Origin: Lophium mytilinum
Taxonomy: Eukaryota
Assembly (NCBI GenBank): GCA_010093605.1
Contig: MU004198.1
Coordinates: 746,726 to 810,725, forward strand
Direction: 5' to 3'
Length of the DNA stretch: 64,000 nucleotides
The translations under genes were made by a program, and so were the position numbers. Positions 25,998 to 37,407 of this stretch are shown here, in pieces (positions within the stretch are counted from its first letter, which is position 1; every line of letters begins with the position of its first letter). The notes under the pieces were generated by a model. It had not been told where the DNA came from. It was given only the letters and a program-made list of their open reading frames with translations, and did no database searches.

Positions 25998-27606
25998 GTT
26001 GATGTGTGGGGACGAAGGACGAGAATTTGAATGAAAAAATGGGTTGCAAGTCGAGGATTGTTGCGGTTGCGATTCGATTGGCCTATACCAAGAACCGGAG
26101 ACGATACAACAGATAAATAGCCCATCCGCCAAATCTACGTTCGTCATAGATCTCAGATCGACGGTTTGTGACATGATGCGTTGCCGAGGATTTACCAATG
26201 ATTTGGTGGATGCGGACACCGCTAGCAATTACTATCTCGCCAATCTCTACGCTATTCCACGCTATTACGCGCTATTGCACACTATGACGTTGCTCTTGCA
26301 GCTTGTGACGGTATGTTGTCAGATTATTCTACTCTTGTACAAACCGAAGACAGCGTAGGGGTAAAATGTACAACAGCGGCTTCTATACAGCAAAGTTCGT
26401 GGCTTCATTAGCTGCGCCGAGGTACTAGACGCAGCAAGACTCTATACTGCAACTTCCTCTAGCTTTATTCCTATATACATGGCGCAAGACTAGCGCGCCT
26501 ATGCAGCCTACCAGACCTTCCCTCCGTCTGCGGCGTTGTCCGGTTCTCTCACTTCCGAATTTCCTCTGGGCCTCGTCAGGACGGTGGCCCGTGGGAGTCC
26601 CCATCCCTCCTTTAAAAAAAGACACCGCAAGCGCGCGACGTCACACCAGCCCTCTTCTCTTACTACGTCCGACATCTAACTAGCAATCCACTCCTAGATG
26701 CAAGTCCTGCTAGTTTCTTCGCTGAGCCTCTCTAAGCCCGGCGCATTATATAAAGGGCCCCAATCCTCCTACAACTCTCTATCAATTATATGGGACGGTA
26801 TATTTGTGAGACGACATGTTCCTAAAATGACAGTTTCTCAGAAGAACATGTTTCCAAGATAGCTTTATTCTTAAGACCCTAATATTCGAAGACAAGGACA
26901 CTCTCTAGACACCTTTTCTCTTAAGATTAGCCGCTCTTCATCTAAACCCAGGCCTCAGCCGACCTCAGCTATAACGGCGCATGACTACGTAAGTAGCGGA
27001 GCTTGCGCATCGTGCACATTGGTATAGTATAGCAAGTTGTATAATGTTCTGATATGCACCTAAATTGTTTCCTTTCTCGTTTAGAAGACGGAGCAGCTCG
27101 TGCTCTAACATAAGTTGTGTCTGTGCGGTGGAGACCCTAACCTGAGACCGAGCAGCTCGATAGAACCCAGTCTTCGGCCCTCAGACCCTGGCCCTGTAGT
27201 TATCAGGGAGAGGTGAGACTAGGTTCCTTCCGCTACATCTAAAGACCTATTTCCGGGCTTATAGGCCTGCTAGTCTCCAGTTTCAGGGCCTACTTCTCGA
27301 GTAGACTGACCCTTCGACGCAACACAGCCGAATGCTGAGTCATCTTTTGAGATGACAACCAGGGCGGGACGATCCGAGCCAAGGTAGTGGTTTGCTAATC
27401 TACGCTGCATTTGCTATCAGACTTCGCCTATTATAGTATCCGCGGCCTTGAGATTGCTGCAGGGCCAGGGACAATACCGTGTAGCCGGGAGGTATAAATA
27501 GCCTGGCTTCGCTCTTCAATTCAGGCCATCATACACCTCTCTGGAGCAGCCAAGCAGTTTGAAGGAAATTGGAGCAAATCAGATCTCAAATCCTCATAAA
27601 CCCAAT

Positions 27607-28356
27607 ATGGCAAAGCCCATCACGCTCTACAGCTTCGCCCCTGGCCCCAACCCCTGGATCGTAGCTATCATACTCGAAGAGTACGACACACCCTACGAAA
27701 CTATATTCATGTCGAGAGAAGACATCCATCAAGAATCGTACGAGCTGAAGAATCCGAATAGAAAGGTACCGACCATCGAGGACCCGAACACTGGCATTAC
27801 ACTCTTTGAGGTGCGTTTCCAATATCCAGATCGCATGTTCCACGCAGTCTATCCTCGAATACAGCGATAATGACAACGCAGTCAGTCCGGTGCCATCATC
27901 CAATACCTCATCGACACCTACGACAAAACCAACAAACTCGTACACACCACCCTCCCACAGAAATATCTCACGCTCTCCTGGCTCAGTCTACAAATGAGCG
28001 CGCAGGGGCCGTACTTCTGGCAAGCCGCGTATTTCGCCTGCTTCCACCCAGAGAAGAGCGTCGCTGCGGCGATCGATCGCTATGTTACCGAGATGAAGCG
28101 GATCGTCGGCGTTATCGATCGTCACTTGAAACGCGCGGGGACGCAGTATCTTGTTGGCGATAAGTGCACGTTCGCGGATCTGGCGTTTGTGATGTGGGAC
28201 CAGATTATGCCGCTGCTGGTGGGTGAGTGGGATTTCAAGACTGAGGCTCCGGATTTTGCGGCTTGGAATAAGGGGCTGGTGGCGCGGGCGGTGCGGAAGG
28301 TATTGGCGGATAAGGAGAGGGCGACGTCTGCTGATCATGCTGCGCCAGCGTCTTGA
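27607..28356 (+). CDS. Glutathione S-transferase (Ure2/GST-II-like)
   Basis: APGPNPW, KNPNRKVPTIEDPN and ITLFE/SGAIIQYL across intron 27811-27885, then YLVGDKCTFADLAF. TATAAATA lies upstream near 27493. Confidence 0.93.
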
Positions 28357-28576
28357 TTGGGCGCGGGGTTGGTCATCTGAGGCACCGAATTGCGTGGGAG
28401 GTCATGAAACAGAGAATACATCCTCTATCAACCTCACTTCGTTCTCGCCGACGGTTTGATAGAATAGGAGTAAGTGCGTAAGTGGCGATCATGGTATTTG
28501 GACCGCAGTGATTACGAAATATCTTGATAAAGAAACGGGATGCAGATTTAGGAGGAACACTATAAATATGTCAATA

Positions 28577-29821
28577 CTACTGAAGCATACCACGATCCGT
28601 AAACATGATATCTGCTGCTCGAAACGCCTCATAAACCTCGTCGGGAAAGTTCCCACGATCGCGAACCGTGACGCTTTTCAGATTCGGAAAGTCGCCAGAC
28701 GCCAGCTGGATAATACGTCCCGGGACTGGCTCATACCCATTGATTGTCAAGCACTCCAAGGATGGAGGCAGGGTTTTGGCTAGACTCGGTGGGACGTTCC
28801 CAAGATGTCGAAAGATAAGAACGGTCGGGGCGAAAATTATGCGTAATCTTGAGAACTCGTGGAAGTTTACGAGACTCACTTCACTGTCGATTGGTTCGCT
28901 TGGAGAGTGAGTCGAGAGGTGGAACTGTTCCAGAGAATGCTTTTGCGCTTGAAGGTGGGACATGAGGAGCAACAGATGGTGGCTCCAGGGAAATGACCTT
29001 ATCTTGATAGTGATCGACCGAAGGGCCTTGAATGTCTTGATGATATTATTTTTCTCGGTCAAATAGGGAAGGAGATGGTCATTCGAGTGAGGGAAAAGAA
29101 TTAAATGTTCAATCGGTGACGATAGCTCTGGTAGGTACAATCTGTCTCGCTCCCAACCCTCAATCTCGAGGGTGCGGAGTGAAGTGGCTTGCAGGATTGA
29201 GATAAGGGACTCCCTTGAAACAGCCCAGCAAGTCGCGAGAGAAAGCTTTCTAAGGCGTTGAAGGCGATTGGGGTGTTCTAAGAAGGCTTCAAATGGCGGA
29301 TAAGGAGTAAGGAGTTCTGCCTCCATTGTGGATGGTGGTAGTCTCAGTGCCGTGAGTCGCGGAAGCCGAAATAAGATTGCCGTAACCCATGCGTCGACCG
29401 AAAGAACGCCCGGCATCCCAATGTCCGCTACAGCAGATGTCACTAGTTCCTGATCCTTTGGCGACAGAGACAGTTTCACTAGACTCAGCAGACTCTTCTC
29501 CTGCATTGGATCCCGCTCTTCATAGATAATTTCCACACTTCTCACACTAGTCGCCAACGCCGAGTCCCTGAGAAATACCACCGACTCTTTAAGGCTCGTG
29601 AGACTGTGCGGAGAAAGTTTGATATGTCGATAGCGGAAAGTGTCTGTCAAGCGGGACAGTTGTTTCGAGGTCAACAGTAAGCTACGGAAATCGGGCTGCG
29701 AGGTTATAGACTCCCATGATTCATCGGACGACTCGAAGATGTGGGCAATGATGTCTAAAATCAACTCTTCTGGCAGACTGGTAAGAAGGCCGTTTGGTAT
29801 GCCTTGCGCTAGATAGACCAT
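28577..29821 (-). CDS. F-box protein with leucine-rich C-terminal region
   Basis: LTSLPEELILDIIAHI..LLLTSKQLS..YRHIKL followed by LxxLxL repeats (LPRLTALRL, LRKLSL, LPPSLECLTI, FPNLKSVTV). Intronless. Confidence 0.85.
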   Translation of the reverse strand: MVYLAQGIPNGLLTSLPEELILDIIAHIFESSDESWESITSQPDFRSLLLTSKQLSRLTDTFRYRHIKLSPHSLTSLKESVVFLRDSALATSVRSVEIIYEERDPMQEKSLLSLVKLSLSPKDQELVTSAVADIGMPGVLSVDAWVTAILFRLPRLTALRLPPSTMEAELLTPYPPFEAFLEHPNRLQRLRKLSLATCWAVSRESLISILQATSLRTLEIEGWERDRLYLPELSSPIEHLILFPHSNDHLLPYLTEKNNIIKTFKALRSITIKIRSFPWSHHLLLLMSHLQAQKHSLEQFHLSTHSPSEPIDSEVSLVNFHEFSRLRIIFAPTVLIFRHLGNVPPSLAKTLPPSLECLTINGYEPVPGRIIQLASGDFPNLKSVTVRDRGNFPDEVYEAFRAADIMFTDRGMLQ

Positions 29822-30243
29822 GGTTACTGTAGGTAATGCACGATGCGTGCTGCAGGAAGAAACGATGGAAAGAGAAGAGAGGCTGCCTCATGAGGGGTGC
29901 GCAGTCAGCGGGTGGAGAAAGGTTGATGTAGAAGGCTGATGGCTGCCTGGCACCCTGGCGTGCCTGGCTGGCTGCACCAATGAATCGCGAAACCCAGAAC
30001 GAGGAAAAACTTCCCACCGATTCTCTGCGACAGCCTCGGTCGGCGCTCTTTCTAGCCACTGGTTGACATAATACCGATAATTTTGAATAGGTATGTACAT
30101 TTGAGAGTGGGCCGCAGCGGATGAGAAGCAGACCTGAGCCGAAACTAAGCGGGGCCTGAGCCGAACTTAGCTAAAGCGGTACTCTATTTTGTCACGTGAA
30201 CAGTAGGTATCCAAGGTATGCATATTAGGGTGGTATAAAAGAA

Positions 30244-30775
30244 GGCTAGTGCTAGGTGGCCAACCCTTTTTACTACTTAGCTAATGCTGTATTGCTATCT
30301 AGCCTACCCACCCCCCTATAGACCTTTTACCGCGTTCTAATTAGCTTAGATAGCTTATAGAAAGGTCTAGCTATTTACTCTATATATATAGCCTTTCTAT
30401 TTTATCTATAGTCTTTCTTTTAGTCTAGCTATATATATAGCTATCTATCTACCTACTTATCTATCTAGAAGAATGCCTAAACTATTAGTTTTATACCTAA
30501 TAGAGGCCTTCTCTCTATTACCTTTAGCCTAAAAGCACCTATATAAAGTCTTTATTAATAAGATCTTTTATATACTTATTCTTATTAGTAAGCTTATAAG
30601 CTACTTTATAAGGCTATAGCAGGCCTCTACCTATTATATTTTATCCTCTAGAGGAGCCGGCCCGGTAAATAAGCTAATTAAAATATAGTAAAAGGTCCGT
30701 AGGGGTGTAGGTAGGCTAGATAGTAATATAATATTAGCTAAATAGTAAAAAGAGGTCGGCCACCTAGCACCGGCC
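30244..30775. mobile_element. Non-autonomous TIR transposon (MITE-like), RIP-mutated, 8-bp TSD
   Basis: TIRs of about 105 bp at 30244-30348 and 30670-30775 with GG..CC ends. TAAAAGAA is duplicated at 30236-30243 and 30776-30783. The interior is TpA-rich. Confidence 0.92.
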
Positions 30776-31324
30776 TAAAAGAAAGTAATTTTAAGCTTGA
30801 ACTGGTGATTCTTGCAGCGGTGGTTGTTTTTCACGGCAATGTTTTAGAGCGAGAGAACAAAATGGGAAGGGCACGTGACTGAGGTGACAACGACGTCGCG
30901 AAGTGGAGCTATCACTCGTCCATATGAAAGGAGATCAGGCATATGCAAAAGCCAGATTGAATCTCAGCAACTACGACAGTTTGTAATGACCCTGATCACA
31001 AGCTAAAAATCTGAGAGACCTTGCCTAGGCTACTAATGCCAAGACTTTGAACTACTGAAAAGGGCATTCATAGCGCTGTTAAAAACCATGTATGCTCACG
31101 TCCTAAATTCAAAATGAACCCAAGTTTATTCATTCGTGGGCTAAGAGCTTTACGCACAAATAGATTCTTGTGCCAATGTACCAGGCGTGCAAGGCTAGGA
31201 AACACTAGCCTTTGATAGGATTTAGATGCATGAAGATGCATGATCTAACAGGCTCAAGCGAGCGGGCCGCTCCAACCTCTCGTCAACACCCAGCCAGCCT
31301 TCTCCCCACCGCAACCAACAAAAG

Positions 31325-32929
31325 ATGTCTGCCTTCAGCCCCAAAGTATCTACGGCTACTTCTCAGATTAGAGCAATGGAGATCAACCAGGCCCGGCAAC
31401 GAGTCTCCCTCGTGGATTTACTAAACCCCTCCTCCATGTACCCGGTCTTCAACAGCCTACGCGCCAGCCTTGACGCCTGCAGTATCCTTAATCTGACATC
31501 TACGTGCAAGCGTCTGCACTCCCTGCGCCACTACTTATGGGATATCAATCGATCGCTCCGCCGGTTTGTGGATGACCCTATGGAATTTCGGTCGCAGATG
31601 GGGGCAGCAGACGGCCTTATCTCGGGGAGTTTTGTACTGCAGTTCTTTGAGGGCGTGTTTTGGGAAGAGTCGGATCTGGACGTGTTCATTAGGAACGATG
31701 GGAGGGAGAGGGCATTTGCAGCGTATCTAATACACAAGGAGAGCTATGAGTGTATCAATCCGGTGGGTTCAGATGCCCAGGTGGATCCGCTGGAGTACGA
31801 GATGAAAGGAGACTTCAAGGTAAGATAATTTCACATGTTCAGACACGGATGAGCTATGCGATTATCAGCTGCTGTTGCCTGAGACATCCTAGATTGTAGT
31901 CGAAATTCAGGAAGAGATGGAAGTCACGTGAAGGTGAGACATGAGCCTTGCTTCATACACGACAGCACGCTTCTCCAAGCATGTTGGAGTACATCAAGTA
32001 GTGGCAGACGTCATGCTATATCTCTTTTCTACACGTCGTTCTACATGAGATCCCTCAATTAGTCAACCATTATCACCATACTAATCGCTGTTTCTAAGGT
32101 GCTCACCTACCTCCGCAAGTCTTCCAACAACACTACCCATTACCCAAAGATACAAATCATAGTAACCAAGGACCTTCCCATCTTCCGCATCCTTCAGTCT
32201 TTCTACACGACTTGTGTCGTCAACGTCATCTCCTGGAACAAAGCTTACGCCATCTATGCCCGCCCCACGTTCGCAATGCACAAGACCTACTGTCTCAGAT
32301 CTGTTGACGATACCATCGGCGCCTTACTCCGGAAATACAGCGACAGAGGATGGCAGAGTCACGACGTCCTATGGCCCGAAGAGGCGCGATCACCACTCAA
32401 CCCCTTCCGGACACCGAGAAGAGTTGGCGATAGCTTCACCTGGACACTCCCACTCTCCACTACCGGCATTCGCACTTCAAAGACACCAGACTCAGTCCTC
32501 GAGTACTCCCAATTCGGCTTCGCCCATACCAACGACACCACCAACATCGACGCCCAAACCTATTCATTCCAAACCTGTTACGGCGTCGAGATCCTGCCTT
32601 TCCGCGCCCATGTCTTGCGCTACGATTACACTTTCACGTCATCCGATTCAGGATGGTGCTTCTACCTCGGGGAGCGCGTGGACCGGTTGACATACTTGGA
32701 GTTGCGGAAGATGAGGCCGGAGGACCGCCCGGAGGAGTTTGAGCAGAGTATAAGTAGGGATGGCGAGCCGCAGACAAGGTGTTTGTATACTTGGGATTTT
32801 GAGAAGCCGGCCTGGTGGACATATTATGATGCGCAGATCCCAGAATGGTATAAGCAATACGAGGAAGATCAAGTGCGGGCGAAGGGGCTGTTTCCGGATA
32901 GTGAGAGGCGGGTGTCGCGAGGGCGCTAG
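31325..32929 (+). CDS. F-box-like + Pol-beta-type nucleotidyltransferase-motif protein
   Basis: Exon 1 ends at 31819; intron 31820-32098 (GTAAGA..CTAAT..AAG); exon 2 starts at 32099. F-box-like LRASLDACSILNLTSTCKRL, then ISGS-x14-DLDVF and C-terminal SFYTTCVVN..LRKYSDRGW. Confidence 0.78.
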
Positions 32930-33383
32930 GCTAGATGCGCTATAGCGCATTGTGCACAATTCTCATTTGAATAAGAGATTTCAGGAAGGATGGGGCTAGG
33001 TTCACGGTGTCATGATTTTATAAGAAAGCAAAGACTTAAACCCTAGCGTACTAGCTCAGTCTAGGACAACAAATCTTCGAGTATTTCGACTTCTGTTGAC
33101 ATTATCGTGACAGTAACAACTGTAACAATGGGGAAGTAGGCTTTGAATAACACACAAATGAGACGTAAGGTTGAAAGAAGCCAGAATTGTAGGACCTGCC
33201 AGGGCTCCGTAAGGGTCCCATGCGCTAGACCCAATGAGTCGCGCTAAATAAGCGTCCCACGAAGCCTTTCTTCAACGTCAAGTCTATTATCTACGACCTT
33301 CCTATTCCAATGCTCTCTAAAACCCATTTGATCTTCTTAATGCATAGATAGCGAATGTAACGCCACTAGCATAGTCATCACTA

Positions 33384-34116
33384 CCTTACCGCGCTAAGCC
33401 CGTACCCGAATATAATGTTAACACCGTGATGCCGTGAAGATTATGCTAGCAAGATGTTCGAATAATATTAACATGCGTGTCCTGCCGAGCATCCTTACCC
33501 CGGCGTGTTAGTGTAATATCCTGTTAAATTTTAAGATTATTTTAAGATGAGATGGTATTAATAACATATAATTTTAATAGCATTTTAGAAGGAATACGTG
33601 TTTACTAAGAAAAGTATATTTAGGCTAAAATTATGTTTTACTAGGAAACTATGTTTAAGACCAGTTATTTTTAACTACCCCTCTTTCTCTTTCTTAGTAA
33701 TGCTGTATCTTCTACCACACTAACGCTAAAAAGCTAGATCCCGCTGAATAATGTATTTTTCCCAAAGTTTACCCTGGGGCCAAATTTTATAACGGGTGAC
33801 ATTACAGGTGGCACCACGGGTGGTATAGTGGGGGGGGGGAGGCCTAGGTATCTACTAAGGTGCAAGCTTAGGTAATGGGAAAAATACAGGCTTATATAAG
33901 CTAGCTAGAACACTATGTTTACCTAGAAAATTATATTTAGAATAGAAATTATGTTCTATAGAAAACTATGTTTAGGGCTAAAAACTGTATTAATATAATA
34001 TCTATTTAATAAGACATTATTGTCCTATTATATTTAACTTAAAATCCTATTACACCTGAAAAGCATATATACATGATGGCCACGTCGTGTTCGCGTAGCA
34101 GCTTAGCGCGGCTAGG
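33384..34116. mobile_element. Degenerate non-autonomous TIR element, RIP-mutated, possible TA target duplication
   Basis: Imperfect inverted repeat of about 45 bp (core CCGCGCTAAGC / GCTTAGCGCGG) at 33384-33428 and 34072-34116. TA flanks both ends. The AT-rich interior has 18-bp periodic repeats. Confidence 0.6.
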
Positions 34117-34295
34117 TAGCCTCCGTGACTCACCGCCGCCTCGCACAGCCTTGCTTACTTAGCGTCTCAGCCTACCCGAAATTGTACTTAAGCTACCCAT
34201 ACGAAAATCTGTCGAAAATCATAATCTTCTTATATCTACAATTGCATTTCCCTTTCTGATATAGCCAGTTCCTCATAATTTGGTCGATCATCACA

Positions 34296-35094
34296 ATGCT
34301 CATCCGCCCCCTACTCCGAGAAGACCTCCCCGCCGTCGCACCCATCGTCCACGACACCTTCTCCAACGACGAACTCTTCACATGGCTCTACCCCCATCAA
34401 GAAAAATACCCGAATGACCTCCGCCGCTTCCAGCTCATCCGGCTGCGCTCGCGCCTCGTCCAGCTCGGCTCCCACGGCTTCGTCGCAGAATCGGAAGCAG
34501 GTGACGCGGAATGGAACGGCGCGCCCGAAATCCTAGGTTTCGCGTTCTATATCCGCGAAGGGAACGACGAGAAGGCTGCCAAATGGCGGCAGGACTCGAT
34601 CGCGAAGCGTACGTTGCGAAGAGCGATTTGGGTTGTGTTGTGCTGATTGGATGGCAGGGTTGGATAGGTATCTACTCAGCTGGGAGCAGTGGTATGAGGA
34701 GAAGGCGTTAGACCGGGCCTCAGATCCCGCCCGGGCGAAGATGATGCATGCTGCGACGCAGTACAGCTTTTATTCGCAATTGGAGTCGTACTGGTATCTG
34801 GGGTTGCTCGGCGTGTCTCCCAAGCACCAGCGCAGGGGTATCGGCGCGAGGCTTGTGGCGCATGGGCAGAAGATTGCTGCGGAGGATAAGATGCCTGTGA
34901 CGCTGGAGGCGAGTGTGATGGGGCGGGGGTTGTATGCGAAGCTGGGCTTTTTGGAGATTGAGAGGTTGAAGATTGTAGACGGGCTGGAGGGGGTAGCGAT
35001 GCTTTGGGAGCCGGAGGGGACGGAGGGAACGTGGTTGGTGAGAGGGGAAGGTGAGAAGGCGAAGTTGAAAAAGAAGGAAACGGAATCGTCGTAG
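34296..35094 (+). CDS. GNAT family N-acetyltransferase
   Basis: MLIRPLLREDL start, intron 34609-34657, motif A WYLGLLGVSPKHQRRGIGARLV and motif B LEASVMGRGLYAKLGF. Confidence 0.92.
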
Positions 35095-35399
35095 CCGTAT
35101 TGAGATGGCTGATCTCCTCGCATACGACCGCAAACGGGTGCCAGGCAGCTAGACAAGTGCCAACTTTTCATGCGACAAACGCTGCCCTCTCTGAGATGAC
35201 CGCAACGTAAAGCAAGCAGGATATGTGTCTTTGGTGAGCTATCATGAATAGTATTCATATATCAAAGAGCCATCTGATTGGTTAACTGTTCATCTCACAC
35301 TCAGTTCTAGATCTCAGTAATCTCCGTCCAATCTCTCAATGTACTTCTTCAAGTGCGTAGTCTGCGCAGGCAACGCGATTCACCACAACCATAACACGC

Positions 35400-36387
35400 T
35401 CAGATCTCCCCCAGTTCCCAACCCACGAAGGAAACTCCACCGAGCTTAGTATCCAGTAGGTCAGTGCTCAAAATTTCCTTCTTTCTGGCCTTCAATTCAT
35501 CTACGTCCCAGTTCACCCACACAAACTTACCCCTGAGAAACTCGGCCTCGGAGCTGACCAGCCACAAGCAGAAGTGGCCAGGCAAATCGACTGCCGCGCG
35601 TTTAGTTTTCAAAGTGCTTAAATAGGTTCATGGGGCGCAAGAAATACAGCGAGCGAAGCAGTAAGAAGATTTGAGGTAACTTACTATGATCCATGCCACC
35701 ATGGCCGCTCTTGCGACTCATGTTGGTATCAACAAGGCCGGGGTGGACGTTGACGACGTGAAGCTCAGGATTTTCGAACGCTATGTAGTCGAACAACTTT
35801 GCCGCCGCGGCCTTGCTTGCAGCATAGGCGGACACACCAGGCTCTAGCGGTGGCATGTGGCCAATAGCAGTAGAGATGTGCAGAATATGCGCTCCTTCGG
35901 CTGCATATTTGACGAATCCTTTGACTGTGTACAGCGCTCCCAGAATGTTGGTGTTAAACGCGGTCCACCAGTCCTGCACATCGAAATCTGGGCTGAGTAC
36001 AGGTCGAGGGACTGGCATAAACGCGGAGTTGCAGATCAAGACATCGATCTTATCAAAGATTTGGCTGATCTTCAGGAAGGCACCATCGACCTGCTTCGCG
36101 TTCGTTATGTCGGTAGGCACGGCCAAGACTTCGGTGCCTAGGAATTCTTCTTCGATAGCATGTTTGGTCGCGAGAAGGTTCTTCTCGGTTCGGCTGATGA
36201 TAGCTATCTTAGTGCTTCCGCCAGCTGCGAAGGCCTTTGCGATGCTGGCGCCGATGCCGCTTCCACCGCCGGTGATAACAACAGTCTTGTCTTTGACTGA
36301 GAGCTCAGGACGGGATGGTGATATGGCGGGGTATGATTCGCTATGCGACAGTTTGGTAAGAGATGGAAAAAATGAAGAAGAAGCCAT
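35400..36387 (-). CDS. Short-chain dehydrogenase/reductase
   Basis: TGGGSGIG cofactor motif, YAASK catalytic motif, VHPGLVDT, intron 35591-35684, then DLPGHFCLWL..FLRGKFVWVNWDVDEL. Confidence 0.93.
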
Positions 36388-37407
36388 ATTGGCAGGCGGG
36401 TGGGAAGGTTTGTTGGATATGATTGATGTAGCTTGACACGCAGAGTACTGGTAGACTTATTCATTGACCACTGTCTTCTTTTTAATACTTTTTCTCCAGG
36501 CTTAGCGTTCGGCCAGTTTCAATCTCTAAGTCGCGCTAGACAAATCCGGTCCACATATTTCGTGGTACATCTCCGAAGACGTTTGCTACCAAATTTCGTG
36601 ATTTTTCCAATCAACATTCCCCGATATTATTAATCAGCTTCCCTTTTCGCTTTGTGAGTTACCCTTGCTTTTCGGAAGTACGGACGATTCGTTAGTGTGC
36701 AACGCAATTGTAATAGCTTCATCACACTGCCTCCACCATCCTAGTTCAGCTGAAAGTCCCAGCAATCGTCAAATTGATTCGTGTATCAGCCGGCGCGGGG
36801 CCTTTGAAACCAGTGGATCTTGTTTAAGCTCTTCGCTCCATGTAAGCCCAGCAGGTCGTTATTGTTTAATAGTGCAATGCTACAGCCTATACTTCATTAA
36901 TCCGCATGCGAACTGAACTTATTGCGTTGTGTTTCTAGCGGTTCTTTTAACATAGCAAAAAGGGGTAACGAGGTAATTTCCGAATAAGCGGAAAGCCCAG
37001 TTAAGGGCCAATAGTAGTTCTTGTAAATTTTCACGCTCATGTAATGCGGACAGCGAAGTACGTAGTTACACGTGATCTTATATCTCAATATCTGGGGGAC
37101 TGATTTCTCTGAGAAGGAAAGAATGAAGCTATTCAATTTCTTTAGAATGCAATGACACTGTTTCCAAAAGCTCTATATAGTTTTGGTGACGATAAACTTC
37201 GTCCATTTTGGTGAGTCGGCCACTCGGGGCGGCTTTAGAAAATCATTACTAATCAAAGTGGGACGCCATTGCAGCGTACAACGGAATTCCGTAGTCAGCT
37301 TGGTACACCCCCGTTCTCTGATACACACCTAATCGTGAGACGACAAAGAATAGGATTTCTCCACCACTAGACTGTGAGATAAAGCACTTTAGTCTTATCC
37401 CACCTGA

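Noticed and set aside
26380..27330. Possible LTR or other transposon relic (TpA-enriched)
   Set aside because: No termini, TSD or coding motif could be identified.
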